Part shown: piece by piece, positions 7,925 through 17,186 of the stretch | Layout of the letters: each line of letters begins with the position of its first letter | Numbering within the stretch: position 1 is the first letter of the stretch | Assembly: GCA_944324175.1 (NCBI GenBank) | Contig: CALUVH010000010.1 | Span: 2,166 to 66,165 of the forward strand | Direction of reading: 5' to 3' | DNA: 64,000 nucleotides | From: Candidatus Gastranaerophilales bacterium | Lineage (GTDB): Bacteria; Cyanobacteriota; Vampirovibrionia; Gastranaerophilales; Gastranaerophilaceae | Program-made: the position numbers and the translations under genes | Notes under the pieces: generated by a model | Database searches by the model: none | The model's input: only the letters and a program-made list of their open reading frames with translations | Told to the model about the DNA's origin: nothing

Positions 7925-10021
7925 TTATTCCATAGCATATGCTTCACCAATTGTATCAACAGCCTCAACTTTAATATCAGTAATCAATTCAGAATAAGAA
8001 ATTACCACAATAGTTGGGATATGTCTTTCTAGTAATTGATATAATGGTAATCTTATCCTTGGAGAACATAAAATTACAGGTTGTTGTCCGCAAGCCTGAT
8101 GAGCACGCATCAATGTGGTTGCTGCACTTTCAATTAACTCCTGCACCTGCATAGGATTCAAAAGGAACATAGTGCCAAGCTCAGTTCTTTGACAACTGTC
8201 ATCAAGAGTTTTTTCCCACTCCGGAGAAAGAGTTAAAGCGTATAACACTTTATCTTCTTGTACATTAGAAAGACAAATTTGTCGACCCAAAGCCGCACGA
8301 AGTCTTTCTGATAAAATATCTGGTTCTTTTGAAAATCTGGCATAATCGCAAAGTCTTTCAAACACAAATATAATATCTTTAATAGAAACTTTTTCCCTGA
8401 TAAGATTTACAAATATTTTTCTTAAATCACTTGTAGAAATGATAGTTGGTACAAGGTCATTTACAAGAGTAGGGTCTTGAGAGCGAACCAATTCCATAAG
8501 CTTCAGTACATCAGTCTTTGTCATAACTTCATCAACATGTTTTCTTACGCATTCTTGTAAATGAGTTACAATAACGTCTGTAGCATCCACCGCAGTAACA
8601 GAACGAGCAACTTTTGCATCATCCGGAGAAATCCAGTAAGCTTGAGTCTGATATGTAGGGTCAATACCGATAATTGCATCATCAGGGACCTCTCTTCTCG
8701 TAGAATCCCACTGATCTGCGATTACCATAAATTTACCTGGATAAACATATCCTGTAGCAACAGTATTACCACGAATAGAAATCATATATTCATTTGCATC
8801 CAGTGCAGAAGAATCCATAATTCTAATATTTGGTATAATATATCCCAACTCATCAGTAACCCTTTGACGCAACGCAGCGATTTTCGCAAGCAATTGACCT
8901 TCCTGATCAGGATCCGCTATTACAAGCAAATTTGAACCGACTTGCAAACTCAATGTATCAACCCCTAAGCGTTCATACATTCTGTTAGGGTTAACCAAAT
9001 CCTGCATATTTTGACGTACATTTTCTAACTGTCCCAACTGGGATTGAACATCCGCATTGATTAATACTGAAAATCCTGCAATACCTAGCCCTATAGCAAA
9101 TAAGGTAAAAGGTAGCCAAGGTAGACCAGTCACAGGACCAGTTATCGCAAGTAATATCAAAAATCCTGCAGCAAAAAACAAAGCATACGGTTTACTCAGA
9201 ATCTGCCCAGCAACATCAGAACCTAAAGATGCACTCTGAGCAGAGGAACGAGTCATAAAAACACCTGCTGCAATTGACATCAAAAGCGAAGGCACCTGAG
9301 ATGCAAGACCATCACCTATGGTTAATATCGTGTATTTAGAAACCGCATCAGCAGCCGGCATACCATTCATAATACAACCGATACACAAACCACCTACAAT
9401 ATTTATAATTACGATGATAATACCTGCAATAGTATCCCCTTTTACGAATTTCATAGCACCGTCCATGCTACCAAATAAGTTTGATTCTCTTTGCAAATCC
9501 TCTCTTTTTTTAGTTGCCTCCTCAGGCGAAATTAATCCAGCGTTAAAATCCGCATCGATAGTCATCTGCTTACCTGGCATAGCATCCAATGCAAACCTTG
9601 CAGCAACTTCTGCGATACGTTCAGCACCTTTGGTAATTACCATAAATTGCACAACTGTAATAATCAAGAATATAACACCACCGACAATCATGTTACCACC
9701 GGTGACAAAAGTACCAAAAGCGTGAATTACTTCACCGGCCTCACCTTTAGCTAGGATTAACCTTGTTGAAGCAATTGAAAGACACAACCGAAACATCGTA
9801 CCAATCAAAATGATAGATGGGAATGATGATAACTCAAGTGTTTTTTGTACATACAACGCAAACATCAATAGCACAATACCAAGTGTAATATTCATACAAA
9901 TACAAATATTAATAATCCAATTTGGTAACTCTACCAACAAAATGACAATAAGGAACAGTACGAATACTGCCATAAATATTTCACTTAATGGATTTGAACT
10001 TCCGCCTTGCCCTTGTGCCAT
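7925..10021 (-). CDS. flhA: flagellar type III export gate protein FlhA
   Basis: 698 aa with an N-terminal polytopic domain containing FMVITKGAERIAEVAARFALDAMPGKQMTIDADFNAGLI, plus a cytoplasmic C-terminal domain. Confidence 0.95.
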   Translation of the reverse strand: MAQGQGGSSNPLSEIFMAVFVLFLIVILLVELPNWIINICICMNITLGIVLLMFALYVQKTLELSSFPSIILIGTMFRLCLSIASTRLILAKGEAGEVIHAFGTFVTGGNMIVGGVIFLIITVVQFMVITKGAERIAEVAARFALDAMPGKQMTIDADFNAGLISPEEATKKREDLQRESNLFGSMDGAMKFVKGDTIAGIIIVIINIVGGLCIGCIMNGMPAADAVSKYTILTIGDGLASQVPSLLMSIAAGVFMTRSSAQSASLGSDVAGQILSKPYALFFAAGFLILLAITGPVTGLPWLPFTLFAIGLGIAGFSVLINADVQSQLGQLENVRQNMQDLVNPNRMYERLGVDTLSLQVGSNLLVIADPDQEGQLLAKIAALRQRVTDELGYIIPNIRIMDSSALDANEYMISIRGNTVATGYVYPGKFMVIADQWDSTRREVPDDAIIGIDPTYQTQAYWISPDDAKVARSVTAVDATDVIVTHLQECVRKHVDEVMTKTDVLKLMELVRSQDPTLVNDLVPTIISTSDLRKIFVNLIREKVSIKDIIFVFERLCDYARFSKEPDILSERLRAALGRQICLSNVQEDKVLYALTLSPEWEKTLDDSCQRTELGTMFLLNPMQVQELIESAATTLMRAHQACGQQPVILCSPRIRLPLYQLLERHIPTIVVISYSELITDIKVEAVDTIGEAYAME

Positions 10022-10746
10022 TATAATCCTTTTAACGCCTCACTTATTATTGAAACTTGAGTCTCAATTGTCGCATCTATAATCCCATTTGTAGTTGTGA
10101 CCATACAACCGCCCAAAGTTATATTTTCATCTGAAATCACATTAACTTTAGCTTCTGATCCTGCCATTTCTACTACTTCCGGAATTTTTTGTTTAAGTAA
10201 AATTGCCTGCTCCGGATTTACACGCAAAGTTACTTTCGTTTCTTCCTTTGACAAACTTTTCAACAATTCTACAATATTTTCTAAAATAATTGTAGGATCT
10301 TGCTGCAGTTCTTTTTTAATTATTTTTTTAGCTATATCAACACTAATTTCAAGCAGATCAGGTGATATGTAATCAAACACTTCTTGCTTAGCAGATAAAA
10401 AAGCACCTATCGAGTTACGTAAGTTTTCAATATCAGCTTTCGCCTGAGCTATACCTTCCTCATAACCTTCTTTGGCAGCTGATTCTTTAATAGATTGAGC
10501 TTCTTCTCGAGCACGAGAAATGAGGTTTCTGTCATCAATCCGCCTAAAACCTCTTCTTCTATCGCCTTGTCTGCGTTCATGACGCTGCTTAAAGTCAATA
10601 TTATCAAGATCAAACAAATCTATTTCATCAGTATCCTCAGCTGCTTTTACAACTTCTTCAGTCTTCTCCTCGATAGTTTGTTCTACTTTAACATCTTCTT
10701 CAATAGCGTCTGTTTTTTGAATTTTTTTCTTTATAATCATGATCAA
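10021..10746 (-). CDS. fliH: flagellar assembly protein FliH
   Basis: Charged coiled N-terminal half. The C-terminal part reads ...AKKIIKKELQQDPTIILENIVELL...LRVNPEQ...ISDENITLGGCMVTTTNGIIDATIETQ, the FliH/YscL pattern. The stop overlaps the flhA ATG by 1 nt (TAATG). Confidence 0.75.
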   Translation of the reverse strand: MIMIIKKKIQKTDAIEEDVKVEQTIEEKTEEVVKAAEDTDEIDLFDLDNIDFKQRHERRQGDRRRGFRRIDDRNLISRAREEAQSIKESAAKEGYEEGIAQAKADIENLRNSIGAFLSAKQEVFDYISPDLLEISVDIAKKIIKKELQQDPTIILENIVELLKSLSKEETKVTLRVNPEQAILLKQKIPEVVEMAGSEAKVNVISDENITLGGCMVTTTNGIIDATIETQVSIISEALKGL

Positions 10747-10751
10747 TTATA

Positions 10752-11774
10752 TTATACACTATCTTCTATATGTGAGGCAATAATGTTACCAATTCTTGGT
10801 GCAATTTCATAAAATTCTCCCTCTAAAGCATTGAATACAAAGCGTTTTACACGTTGTCGTTCAAGTTTAAGAATTTGTTCCATTTGTGCTCTATCTACAT
10901 ATTGTGAAATATTTTGAATACGATTAACCAGTTTACTTGGGGTAACATCTTTTGTCTTCGGCATACTCATCTTTATTTCTTGCAAGCAGCGCAATGCAGC
11001 ACGAGCATCTACTTTGGAATCCAAATCGTCCATTTCCATAAAGCGAATAACAGATGTTGCATCATCAGGATCAAAGCGATTAAGTATAGTTTGGACTTTT
11101 TCGGCTTTCATATTTCTAAACAACATCGCCAGAGTTGCGAGTTTAAATATTTTCGGCTGAACTGCTGATTGTTGAGGTTGAGGCACACCTGACTGAACAG
11201 GCTGAGGAAGTCCACCGCTTGGCTGATTTGGAGCATTCTGCTGAGCTGCAGCTTGCTGAGCCGCTTGTTCCTGTGCAGCTGCCTGTTGCATCATATCATC
11301 AATATTAGACATTTTAGATGCTCGTTCTTGCAACTCTTCGGTTATAAGATTTTTCTCTTTTAACTCAGCAATTGCATCAATATAAGTTTTTCTAACATGA
11401 TGCTCTATCAACTGCAAAATCTGATCCTGAGGCAAATTTTGCTTAAATGCTTGCTTAGCGACCTCAAAAATCGTAAATGCAATCTTTTGCATAATCGGAT
11501 CCCAATACTGTTGTGGAATACCTGATCTTATAAGGTCAACCGACTTATGGAAAGACCATTCGGCAATAATCTGAGTTATCATAACTGCCGTATCAGCGTT
11601 GAAATTTAGTTCTGTATCATTGTATAACGCCTCACCCGCAACTGTTGAAAAGTTTAATAAGGTATTTGCGACATATTGTTTTTGTGCATTATTAAACTCT
11701 GCAGGCACTAATTCCAAAGCCTGTTGCGTTAAATTTTGAGCAAAACCTTTATAATCAAACCCTTCTATTGCCAT
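10752..11774 (-). CDS. protein in the fliG position: divergent, with only a FliG-N/MgtE-N-like helical segment in its C-terminal half
   Basis: It sits between fliF and fliH and is 340 aa, like FliG. Only KLATLAMLFRNMKAEKVQTILNRFDPDDATSVIRFMEM...LQE resembles the FliG N-domain. I see no EHPQ or MFVFED-type motifs. A Gln/Ala/Pro low-complexity linker (AAAQEQAAQQAAAQQNAPNQ...) divides the protein. Confidence 0.4.
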   Translation of the reverse strand: MAIEGFDYKGFAQNLTQQALELVPAEFNNAQKQYVANTLLNFSTVAGEALYNDTELNFNADTAVMITQIIAEWSFHKSVDLIRSGIPQQYWDPIMQKIAFTIFEVAKQAFKQNLPQDQILQLIEHHVRKTYIDAIAELKEKNLITEELQERASKMSNIDDMMQQAAAQEQAAQQAAAQQNAPNQPSGGLPQPVQSGVPQPQQSAVQPKIFKLATLAMLFRNMKAEKVQTILNRFDPDDATSVIRFMEMDDLDSKVDARAALRCLQEIKMSMPKTKDVTPSKLVNRIQNISQYVDRAQMEQILKLERQRVKRFVFNALEGEFYEIAPRIGNIIASHIEDSV

Positions 11775-11795
11775 TTTCTTTTTTACCTAATTTTA

Positions 11796-13451
11796 CTAAC
11801 CTTGTTCAATCCAACTTTTAATTTTTTCTGCAGTTTCTTCCTCGTCAGCATCCGCCATTTGTGAAGACAAATCAGACAATGTCTCTGCCAATTGATCAGA
11901 ACTTGGTAAGGCTTCTCTTTGTTGTTGTTCAATCAAGTTTTGAGCCAACTCTGACTGACGTTGAGTAAGTTGATTTGCACGTTGATTAATATCATTTAAT
12001 TGCTGATCTTGTTGTTGAGTTTTTTGTCTCAACATTGCAACTTCCTGAGCATTCTCTTCTTGTACTGCTCTCACTTTATTTGAGATTATTCTAAATACAA
12101 TAATCAAACCGACCCCTGACAATGCAACTGCAAGCCACCATGGATTACCTGTATCATCAGGTTTTGGTAGATTAACAGGTCTGTCTGATGCAAGATATGG
12201 ATCTGTTGCATCAGAAAATGCAATTGAAACATTTTCAGCCAATGCTTTTGGACTAGCCGCATTAGCAATTAACTCTTTCAACTCTTCTAAAGTAGTATTT
12301 GCAGGAAGAGCACTTTTTTCTAAAGTAACCGCAATAGAAATTTCTTCTACTACCCCAGGTTTAATATATTCATTAATCTGAGTTTTGGTAACACCATATT
12401 GAGTTTCAGTAGCTGAACGGGAATAATTTCTATTTTGAGAGGAATCAGTACCATTTGCCGGAAGTCCGTTTGGCAAATATACACTAACTGCATTCACACC
12501 GCGATTTGTATCTTGAGTCCTATCACCTAACCCCTCAGAAAAAGACTGTTCATTGACTGCGGTCTTTTTTTCAGGATCATATACAATACTATACTTCTCA
12601 ACAGGTGCCTGAACTAAAAAAGTACTTACAGTTGCGACATAATTACCTTTACCAATAAGTCTATCCAACTGTTGAGCAACTTTTTGTTGCATGTATTTAT
12701 CATTTTCTTCTAACTTGGTAAGCATTTCATCTTGAGCATCTAATATGCTGTGGTAGACGTTACCGTTAGTATCTGTAATTGCGACATTTTCAGCTTCCAA
12801 TCCCGATACACTTCCTAAAAGTAAGTTAGTAATAGATTTTACTTTCATTTGGTCAAGTTTTTCACCTTCAGGTATTACCACCTGAACTGTAGCAGTGACA
12901 GGTTTTTGCATTGAAGTAAACATCGTTTGCTCAGGTATAGAAATAAATACAGACGCATCAGTAATGCCTCCGATATTTCTTATTAATCTTGCTAATTCAC
13001 CGTTAATCGCGCGTGAAAGCCTAATTTTTTTGTCTTCTTTGGTAGACGTAAAATCACCTTTGTCAAAAATTTCCAAGCCAACATTTTTATCCATCATACC
13101 GCTTTTAACGATGGTTAAAATAGCTCTGTCACGATCAGTGATTGTACACTTTTTGGTCAAAGTAGAACAGTTATCTTTTGGTAGATATAAAACGGACTTT
13201 GTACCATCAGCCTTACGTTGAGCAGTAATTCCCTGTCTTGCAAGTAAAGCTTGAATTTCCAAAGCTTTCCCTAAATTATCAGTAGTCAACAAATCTACAT
13301 CAGCCTTTAAAGGTTCACCACCTTGTACTTGACTGTTTTTCCCTGAGCCTGCCGTAATTGCAATAGTAAGTATCAGCGCAAATACAATGACTACTCCGCC
13401 TATAATTCCATACAATAAAGGTTTATTCTCAAGTAATTTTTGAAAGTCCAT
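11796..13451 (-). CDS. fliF: flagellar MS-ring protein FliF
   Basis: 551 aa with an N-terminal TM segment, a periplasmic ring-building region (ALEIQALLARQGI..., LARLIRNIGGITDASVFISIPE), a second TM segment and a Gln-rich cytoplasmic tail. It sits directly after fliE. Confidence 0.85.
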   Translation of the reverse strand: MDFQKLLENKPLLYGIIGGVVIVFALILTIAITAGSGKNSQVQGGEPLKADVDLLTTDNLGKALEIQALLARQGITAQRKADGTKSVLYLPKDNCSTLTKKCTITDRDRAILTIVKSGMMDKNVGLEIFDKGDFTSTKEDKKIRLSRAINGELARLIRNIGGITDASVFISIPEQTMFTSMQKPVTATVQVVIPEGEKLDQMKVKSITNLLLGSVSGLEAENVAITDTNGNVYHSILDAQDEMLTKLEENDKYMQQKVAQQLDRLIGKGNYVATVSTFLVQAPVEKYSIVYDPEKKTAVNEQSFSEGLGDRTQDTNRGVNAVSVYLPNGLPANGTDSSQNRNYSRSATETQYGVTKTQINEYIKPGVVEEISIAVTLEKSALPANTTLEELKELIANAASPKALAENVSIAFSDATDPYLASDRPVNLPKPDDTGNPWWLAVALSGVGLIIVFRIISNKVRAVQEENAQEVAMLRQKTQQQDQQLNDINQRANQLTQRQSELAQNLIEQQQREALPSSDQLAETLSDLSSQMADADEEETAEKIKSWIEQG

Positions 13452-13494
13452 TTTGTCCCCGGTCTGTTTTAAACTTCTTTATAGTAATCTTATT

Positions 13495-13839
13495 CTACAC
13501 CTGAATTTGCATAACTTTGTCATACGCTTGGATGACTTTTCCGACAGCTTGTGTCGCTACATTAACACTTATTTCTGACTTTGCCATCGCTGTCATAACA
13601 TCATGAATATCGACATTTTGATTGCCTGACATAACATCTTTCAACAGATTATCAGGAGCATTCAATTCCGTGTTAAAATTCTCCACAAGCCCTGAAAACA
13701 CCTGCTTAAAATCAGGAGTATTCGGATCCTCAACACGCCCCATCCTAGCTGACGGCATACGATCGGAAATACCCGTATCAAGCTTTGTGTGCTGAATTCT
13801 ACCTGCCAAATCATACTGTGGATAAAAACTGTTAAACAT
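13495..13839 (-). CDS. fliE: flagellar hook-basal body protein FliE
   Basis: The C-terminal DIHDVMTAMAKSEISVNVATQAVGKVIQAYDKVMQIQV is the FliE signature. The start is placed at the ATG preceded by AAGGAAAGG; the ORF extends to 13863. Confidence 0.8.
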   Translation of the reverse strand: MFNSFYPQYDLAGRIQHTKLDTGISDRMPSARMGRVEDPNTPDFKQVFSGLVENFNTELNAPDNLLKDVMSGNQNVDIHDVMTAMAKSEISVNVATQAVGKVIQAYDKVMQIQV

Positions 13840-14174
13840 AACAACCCGCCTTTCCTTTATCATTGTATCGTAATTTTTCTAAATAAATACACCGAATCCT
13901 CCATAAATCATACAAATCGTGTAGATAAATGGATTGATTTTTGAGAGATTACACAATATATTTAATGATTTATATACAAAAGTCCAGACATAAAAGCACA
14001 AACAACTCTTTTAAGTTTTTATATAAAGTAGGTGCCCAAAAGTTAGGCACCTGTTTGTTGTGATTATTTCTGTTAAGTTTAATCTGATTATATTATCGTT
14101 TTTATCGTATGATTTAGAAATCAGACCTTCAGTAACTCTGTGAACGCAGAGTAAATCCTAGCCAGCAAAGTGGG

Positions 14175-15293
14175 TTAGTTACTAAAACACCTTGCATGAC
14201 TGCGAGAGGCATTCATACTAGAAGATAAACGACCACTACCGGAAGAAGCGTAGCTGCGTTTGTATGCGAAGTCATTACCATCTGGCTCGCTTGACCAATA
14301 GCTACAGTCGATTGCCCAATTGAGTTCAGTCACTCGATCAGAATCAGGAGTTATGTCAACTCTGTCCTGCGTTGCTCCAATAGGACTGGATTCCTGTTTG
14401 TATATATATGTCGCCACATCTGCCAATTCCTGCATTGTTGGCAAACGCATGTCATTAGCTGCGCATACTTTCTTCGCGCCTGCCCAATGATTTGTGGCAC
14501 AATAAGGGTTTTTACTTCCTCGCTCATCGTATTCTAAATCTGGGCTTCCATCGCAGGTGTTTATTGCTGTCGTTGGATAGATATCACTTGCGGCTATGCA
14601 TTTGTCTTGGAATTTCATATCACAGGTTGAGATTGTTGCATTCTTTAATTGGATATCATCCCCTACTCTATTTGGACCTTTCTTACCATTTACATCTATC
14701 AACATACTCATGCAGCCTACCTGACCGTTTTGACCTTCTGCGCTTAATGGGTCTACACTGCTACAATTCGGGTTGTATGCCATAACCACGGTTGTGCCGT
14801 CCGCTATTACAAATCCCATTGTATTTGTATTCCACTCTTTTTGTCCTAGTTTGCTTGCGGTTGTTAAGCTGCTTACTTCTACTTCTGTTTCTTTATCACC
14901 TGTTTGAACAAACTTTGTTGCATAGCAGTTTTCTAGTTTATCGTTTTCGCACGTTTTGATTACTTTTACATACTTCTTAAAATAATTCATGTAATCTTCT
15001 GTAGTACTTGCCACTCCTGTCATCACGCCGTCTATATTCATTTGACGGGTAGCTTCCACAAGTTTTTTGTCCCACAGGTCTTTTGCAGTTTTCCAAGCTT
15101 TGTTGTTATGGTTCTCTATCATGCTTGGAATTGTCAGTGCTGCTACTATTCCGATTACGCTTAGCGTGATTAATACTTCTGCCAAGGTAAACGCTGTTCG
15201 AAATTGACCCAACTTTTGAAGTGGTCTTCGACCACCTTCTGCCAGTGGGAATGCGGTTCTTGTTAAGTAATTCTTTTTTTCTGCTTTTGTCAT
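14175..15293 (-). CDS. prepilin-type N-terminal domain protein with DUF1566-like C-terminal domain
   Basis: FRTA-FTLAEVLITLSVIGIVAALTIP is a pilin signal preceded by a long leader. DVNGKKGPNRVGDD is a pseudopilin-like core. The C-terminal HWAGAKKVCAANDMRLPTMQELADVA...YWSSEP...ARCF fits the DUF1566 pattern. SD AAGGAG is present. Confidence 0.75.
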   Translation of the reverse strand: MTKAEKKNYLTRTAFPLAEGGRRPLQKLGQFRTAFTLAEVLITLSVIGIVAALTIPSMIENHNNKAWKTAKDLWDKKLVEATRQMNIDGVMTGVASTTEDYMNYFKKYVKVIKTCENDKLENCYATKFVQTGDKETEVEVSSLTTASKLGQKEWNTNTMGFVIADGTTVVMAYNPNCSSVDPLSAEGQNGQVGCMSMLIDVNGKKGPNRVGDDIQLKNATISTCDMKFQDKCIAASDIYPTTAINTCDGSPDLEYDERGSKNPYCATNHWAGAKKVCAANDMRLPTMQELADVATYIYKQESSPIGATQDRVDITPDSDRVTELNWAIDCSYWSSEPDGNDFAYKRSYASSGSGRLSSSMNASRSHARCFSN

Positions 15294-15595
15294 TTTGCAC
15301 TCCTTTATTTTTATTATTCTAGCTATTAATTCCTTTTATTAAATAATTCTACCTTTTAAGTTGATTTATTGCTCTTTATACACTTCAACACAAGTTCGCT
15401 AACTTGTGTCTTTTTATTCATCTGCGTAAAACACTTTTGCTGAGCCTTTAGAAATCGTCCTACTCTGTGAATATTTGCTAAACTTGGATTTTTAGACATA
15501 CATTCCATATCTACATCTTTTTTTAATTCAAATATTACTATTTAATTCATCCCCCCATTTGACTATACAACATCTGTTTGGAGTTTTCAAGAATA

Positions 15596-16042
15596 TTATT
15601 GAGCATTCAACTCATTACGAATGTCATCGACCGTCACGTGCAAGATTGGTGAATTTTCATCTTTTCGTAATACGACATTTTTTATCCCTGCCTGCACAAT
15701 AAACCTTTTGCATAGAATACAAATAAAATTATGTCCCCAAATGTACATAGTAGCATTTTGACATCTATCCTGACCAGCTTGGATTATAGCATTTTGCTCC
15801 GCATGTATGGAACGACAAGTCTCATAGCAAGTACCCGAAGGAATATTATTTTTTATTCGATAACACTCACCGCGCTCATAGCAAGATTCAACTTTTGAAG
15901 GAGTGCCGTTATAGCCTGTCGCTTTTATTTTTTTATCTTCACCGACAATCACCGCACCAACTTGAGCTCTGAGACAATTCGATCTGCTGGCGCAGGTTCG
16001 TGCTAAATCCAAAAAATAATCTTCCCACGATTTTAATTCCAT
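15596..16042 (-). CDS. comEB: deoxycytidylate (dCMP) deaminase
   Basis: The zinc motifs HAEQNAI and a second Cys pair (ICILCKRF) are present. Size and layout are typical of ComEB-type dCMP deaminases. Confidence 0.85.
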   Translation of the reverse strand: MELKSWEDYFLDLARTCASRSNCLRAQVGAVIVGEDKKIKATGYNGTPSKVESCYERGECYRIKNNIPSGTCYETCRSIHAEQNAIIQAGQDRCQNATMYIWGHNFICILCKRFIVQAGIKNVVLRKDENSPILHVTVDDIRNELNAQ

Positions 16043-16066
16043 ATTTTCCCCTTTGCATTTCTAACT

Positions 16067-17026
16067 TTAAATACGAGAATTTCTTATCCCAGTCATTATC
16101 ATAACAATGTTGTACTTATCTGCGGCTGCAATCACTTCACTATCTTTCATTGCCCCCCCAGGTTGTATTATAAGACTCACACGTCCCTGAGCAGCAGCGT
16201 TTATACACTCTACTGTCGGAATAGGTTCATCAAAAGCTACAACCGCATCTTTTGAAGCATCGCAAGCATAATCAAGTGCATGCTCAATCACTGATATCGG
16301 ATTAATCTCCCCTTGCGCTATTGCGACTGTTTTAAAATCTTTTGCAACAACCGCAGAGCAACTTTTTGAATGTTTAGCAATTTTCCAAGCAAATACAGCA
16401 TCTTCAATTTGTTCTGCGGTAGGCTTGGTCTTTGTAACTACCTTAAATAAATCCTTATCAAGCTCACTTTTATTAACCTCTTGGATTAGCGTACCAAAAG
16501 GTGTTATTTTAATATCTTCACAAGCAAGTGATTTATAATCTTTCAACGGAGTAAGCAGTTTAATAACCTTTGTATAATGGTTTTCCGACAGTATTTTTAC
16601 CGCTGCCTGTTCATAAGAAGGTGCAATAACAAGTTCAACAGCCATTGAACTTATGTGCTTTGCTGTTTCAATATCCACCTCTTTTGAAAAAGCTATTGTG
16701 CCAAAAAATGCACTAACTGGATCACAATCAAATGCTTTATTATAAGCATCATAAATATTCTTACCAAGCGCAACCCCACAAGGAGAAGCGTTTTTTGTAA
16801 TAGCTACCGCACTTACATCAAAAAATTCAGATACAACATTCACGGCTACAGACATATTTATTATATTCAAATATGTAAGCTCGCCACCTGTTAGCAACTG
16901 ATAATCTGCTTGGTTTCCTTTTTTGTACAGACCTGCATTTTGATGAGGATTTTCTCCAAAATTCAAACACTTTATCTGATCAAACTCATATTTTTGAAAT
17001 CTCTCTTGAAAATCAAATTCCGTCAT
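16067..17026 (-). CDS. purH: AICAR transformylase domain of PurH as a stand-alone protein (no IMP cyclohydrolase domain)
   Basis: FGENPHQNAGLY near the N-terminus and a C-terminal QPGGAMKDSEVIAAADKYNIVMIMTGIRNSRI match the C-terminal (AICARFT) two-thirds of PurH. The roughly 200-aa MGS-like N-domain is absent and the upstream DNA is non-coding. Confidence 0.85.
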   Translation of the reverse strand: MTEFDFQERFQKYEFDQIKCLNFGENPHQNAGLYKKGNQADYQLLTGGELTYLNIINMSVAVNVVSEFFDVSAVAITKNASPCGVALGKNIYDAYNKAFDCDPVSAFFGTIAFSKEVDIETAKHISSMAVELVIAPSYEQAAVKILSENHYTKVIKLLTPLKDYKSLACEDIKITPFGTLIQEVNKSELDKDLFKVVTKTKPTAEQIEDAVFAWKIAKHSKSCSAVVAKDFKTVAIAQGEINPISVIEHALDYACDASKDAVVAFDEPIPTVECINAAAQGRVSLIIQPGGAMKDSEVIAAADKYNIVMIMTGIRNSRI

Positions 17027-17186
17027 ACCTACTCCATTGTAATATTTTCAACGAAATTTTACCATAAAAATCTAATCTATGCAAATTTGATACGTTTCAA
17101 TTTGTAACTATGTGGTTGAAATAATTTTTTTACTAATTTATAATTTAAATACACGAAATATAAATTAATTTGTAAGAAGAGGAATC

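Noticed and set aside
6591-9725. Long ORFs antisense to or out of frame within adhE and flhA (6591-6950, 8561-8935, 9057-9239, 9318-9725). Similar ones occur inside valS (22679-24551) and fliF (12895-13221).
   Set aside because: They lie entirely inside strongly supported genes on the opposite strand and have skewed low-complexity composition. They lack SD sequences and motifs, so they are typical shadow ORFs.
13662-15300. Alternative-frame ORFs within annotated genes: 13662-13844 (inside fliE), 15106-15300 (5' end of the pilin-like gene), 14492-14785 (antisense to the pilin-like gene) and 33982-34179 (inside rplD).
   Set aside because: They overlap genes with clear family signatures and have biased composition and no independent support.
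15356-15508. 50-codon minus-strand ORF (MECMSKNPSLANIHRVGRFLKAQQKCFTQMNKKTQVSELVLKCIKSNKST) between the dCMP deaminase and pilin-like genes. It contains a perfect 9-bp palindrome, ACACAAGTT-CGCT-AACTTGTGT.
   Set aside because: No convincing SD and below reliable size. The embedded hairpin with a plus-strand T-run looks more like an RNA structural element than coding sequence. I cannot decide between a small protein, an sRNA and a terminator from sequence alone.
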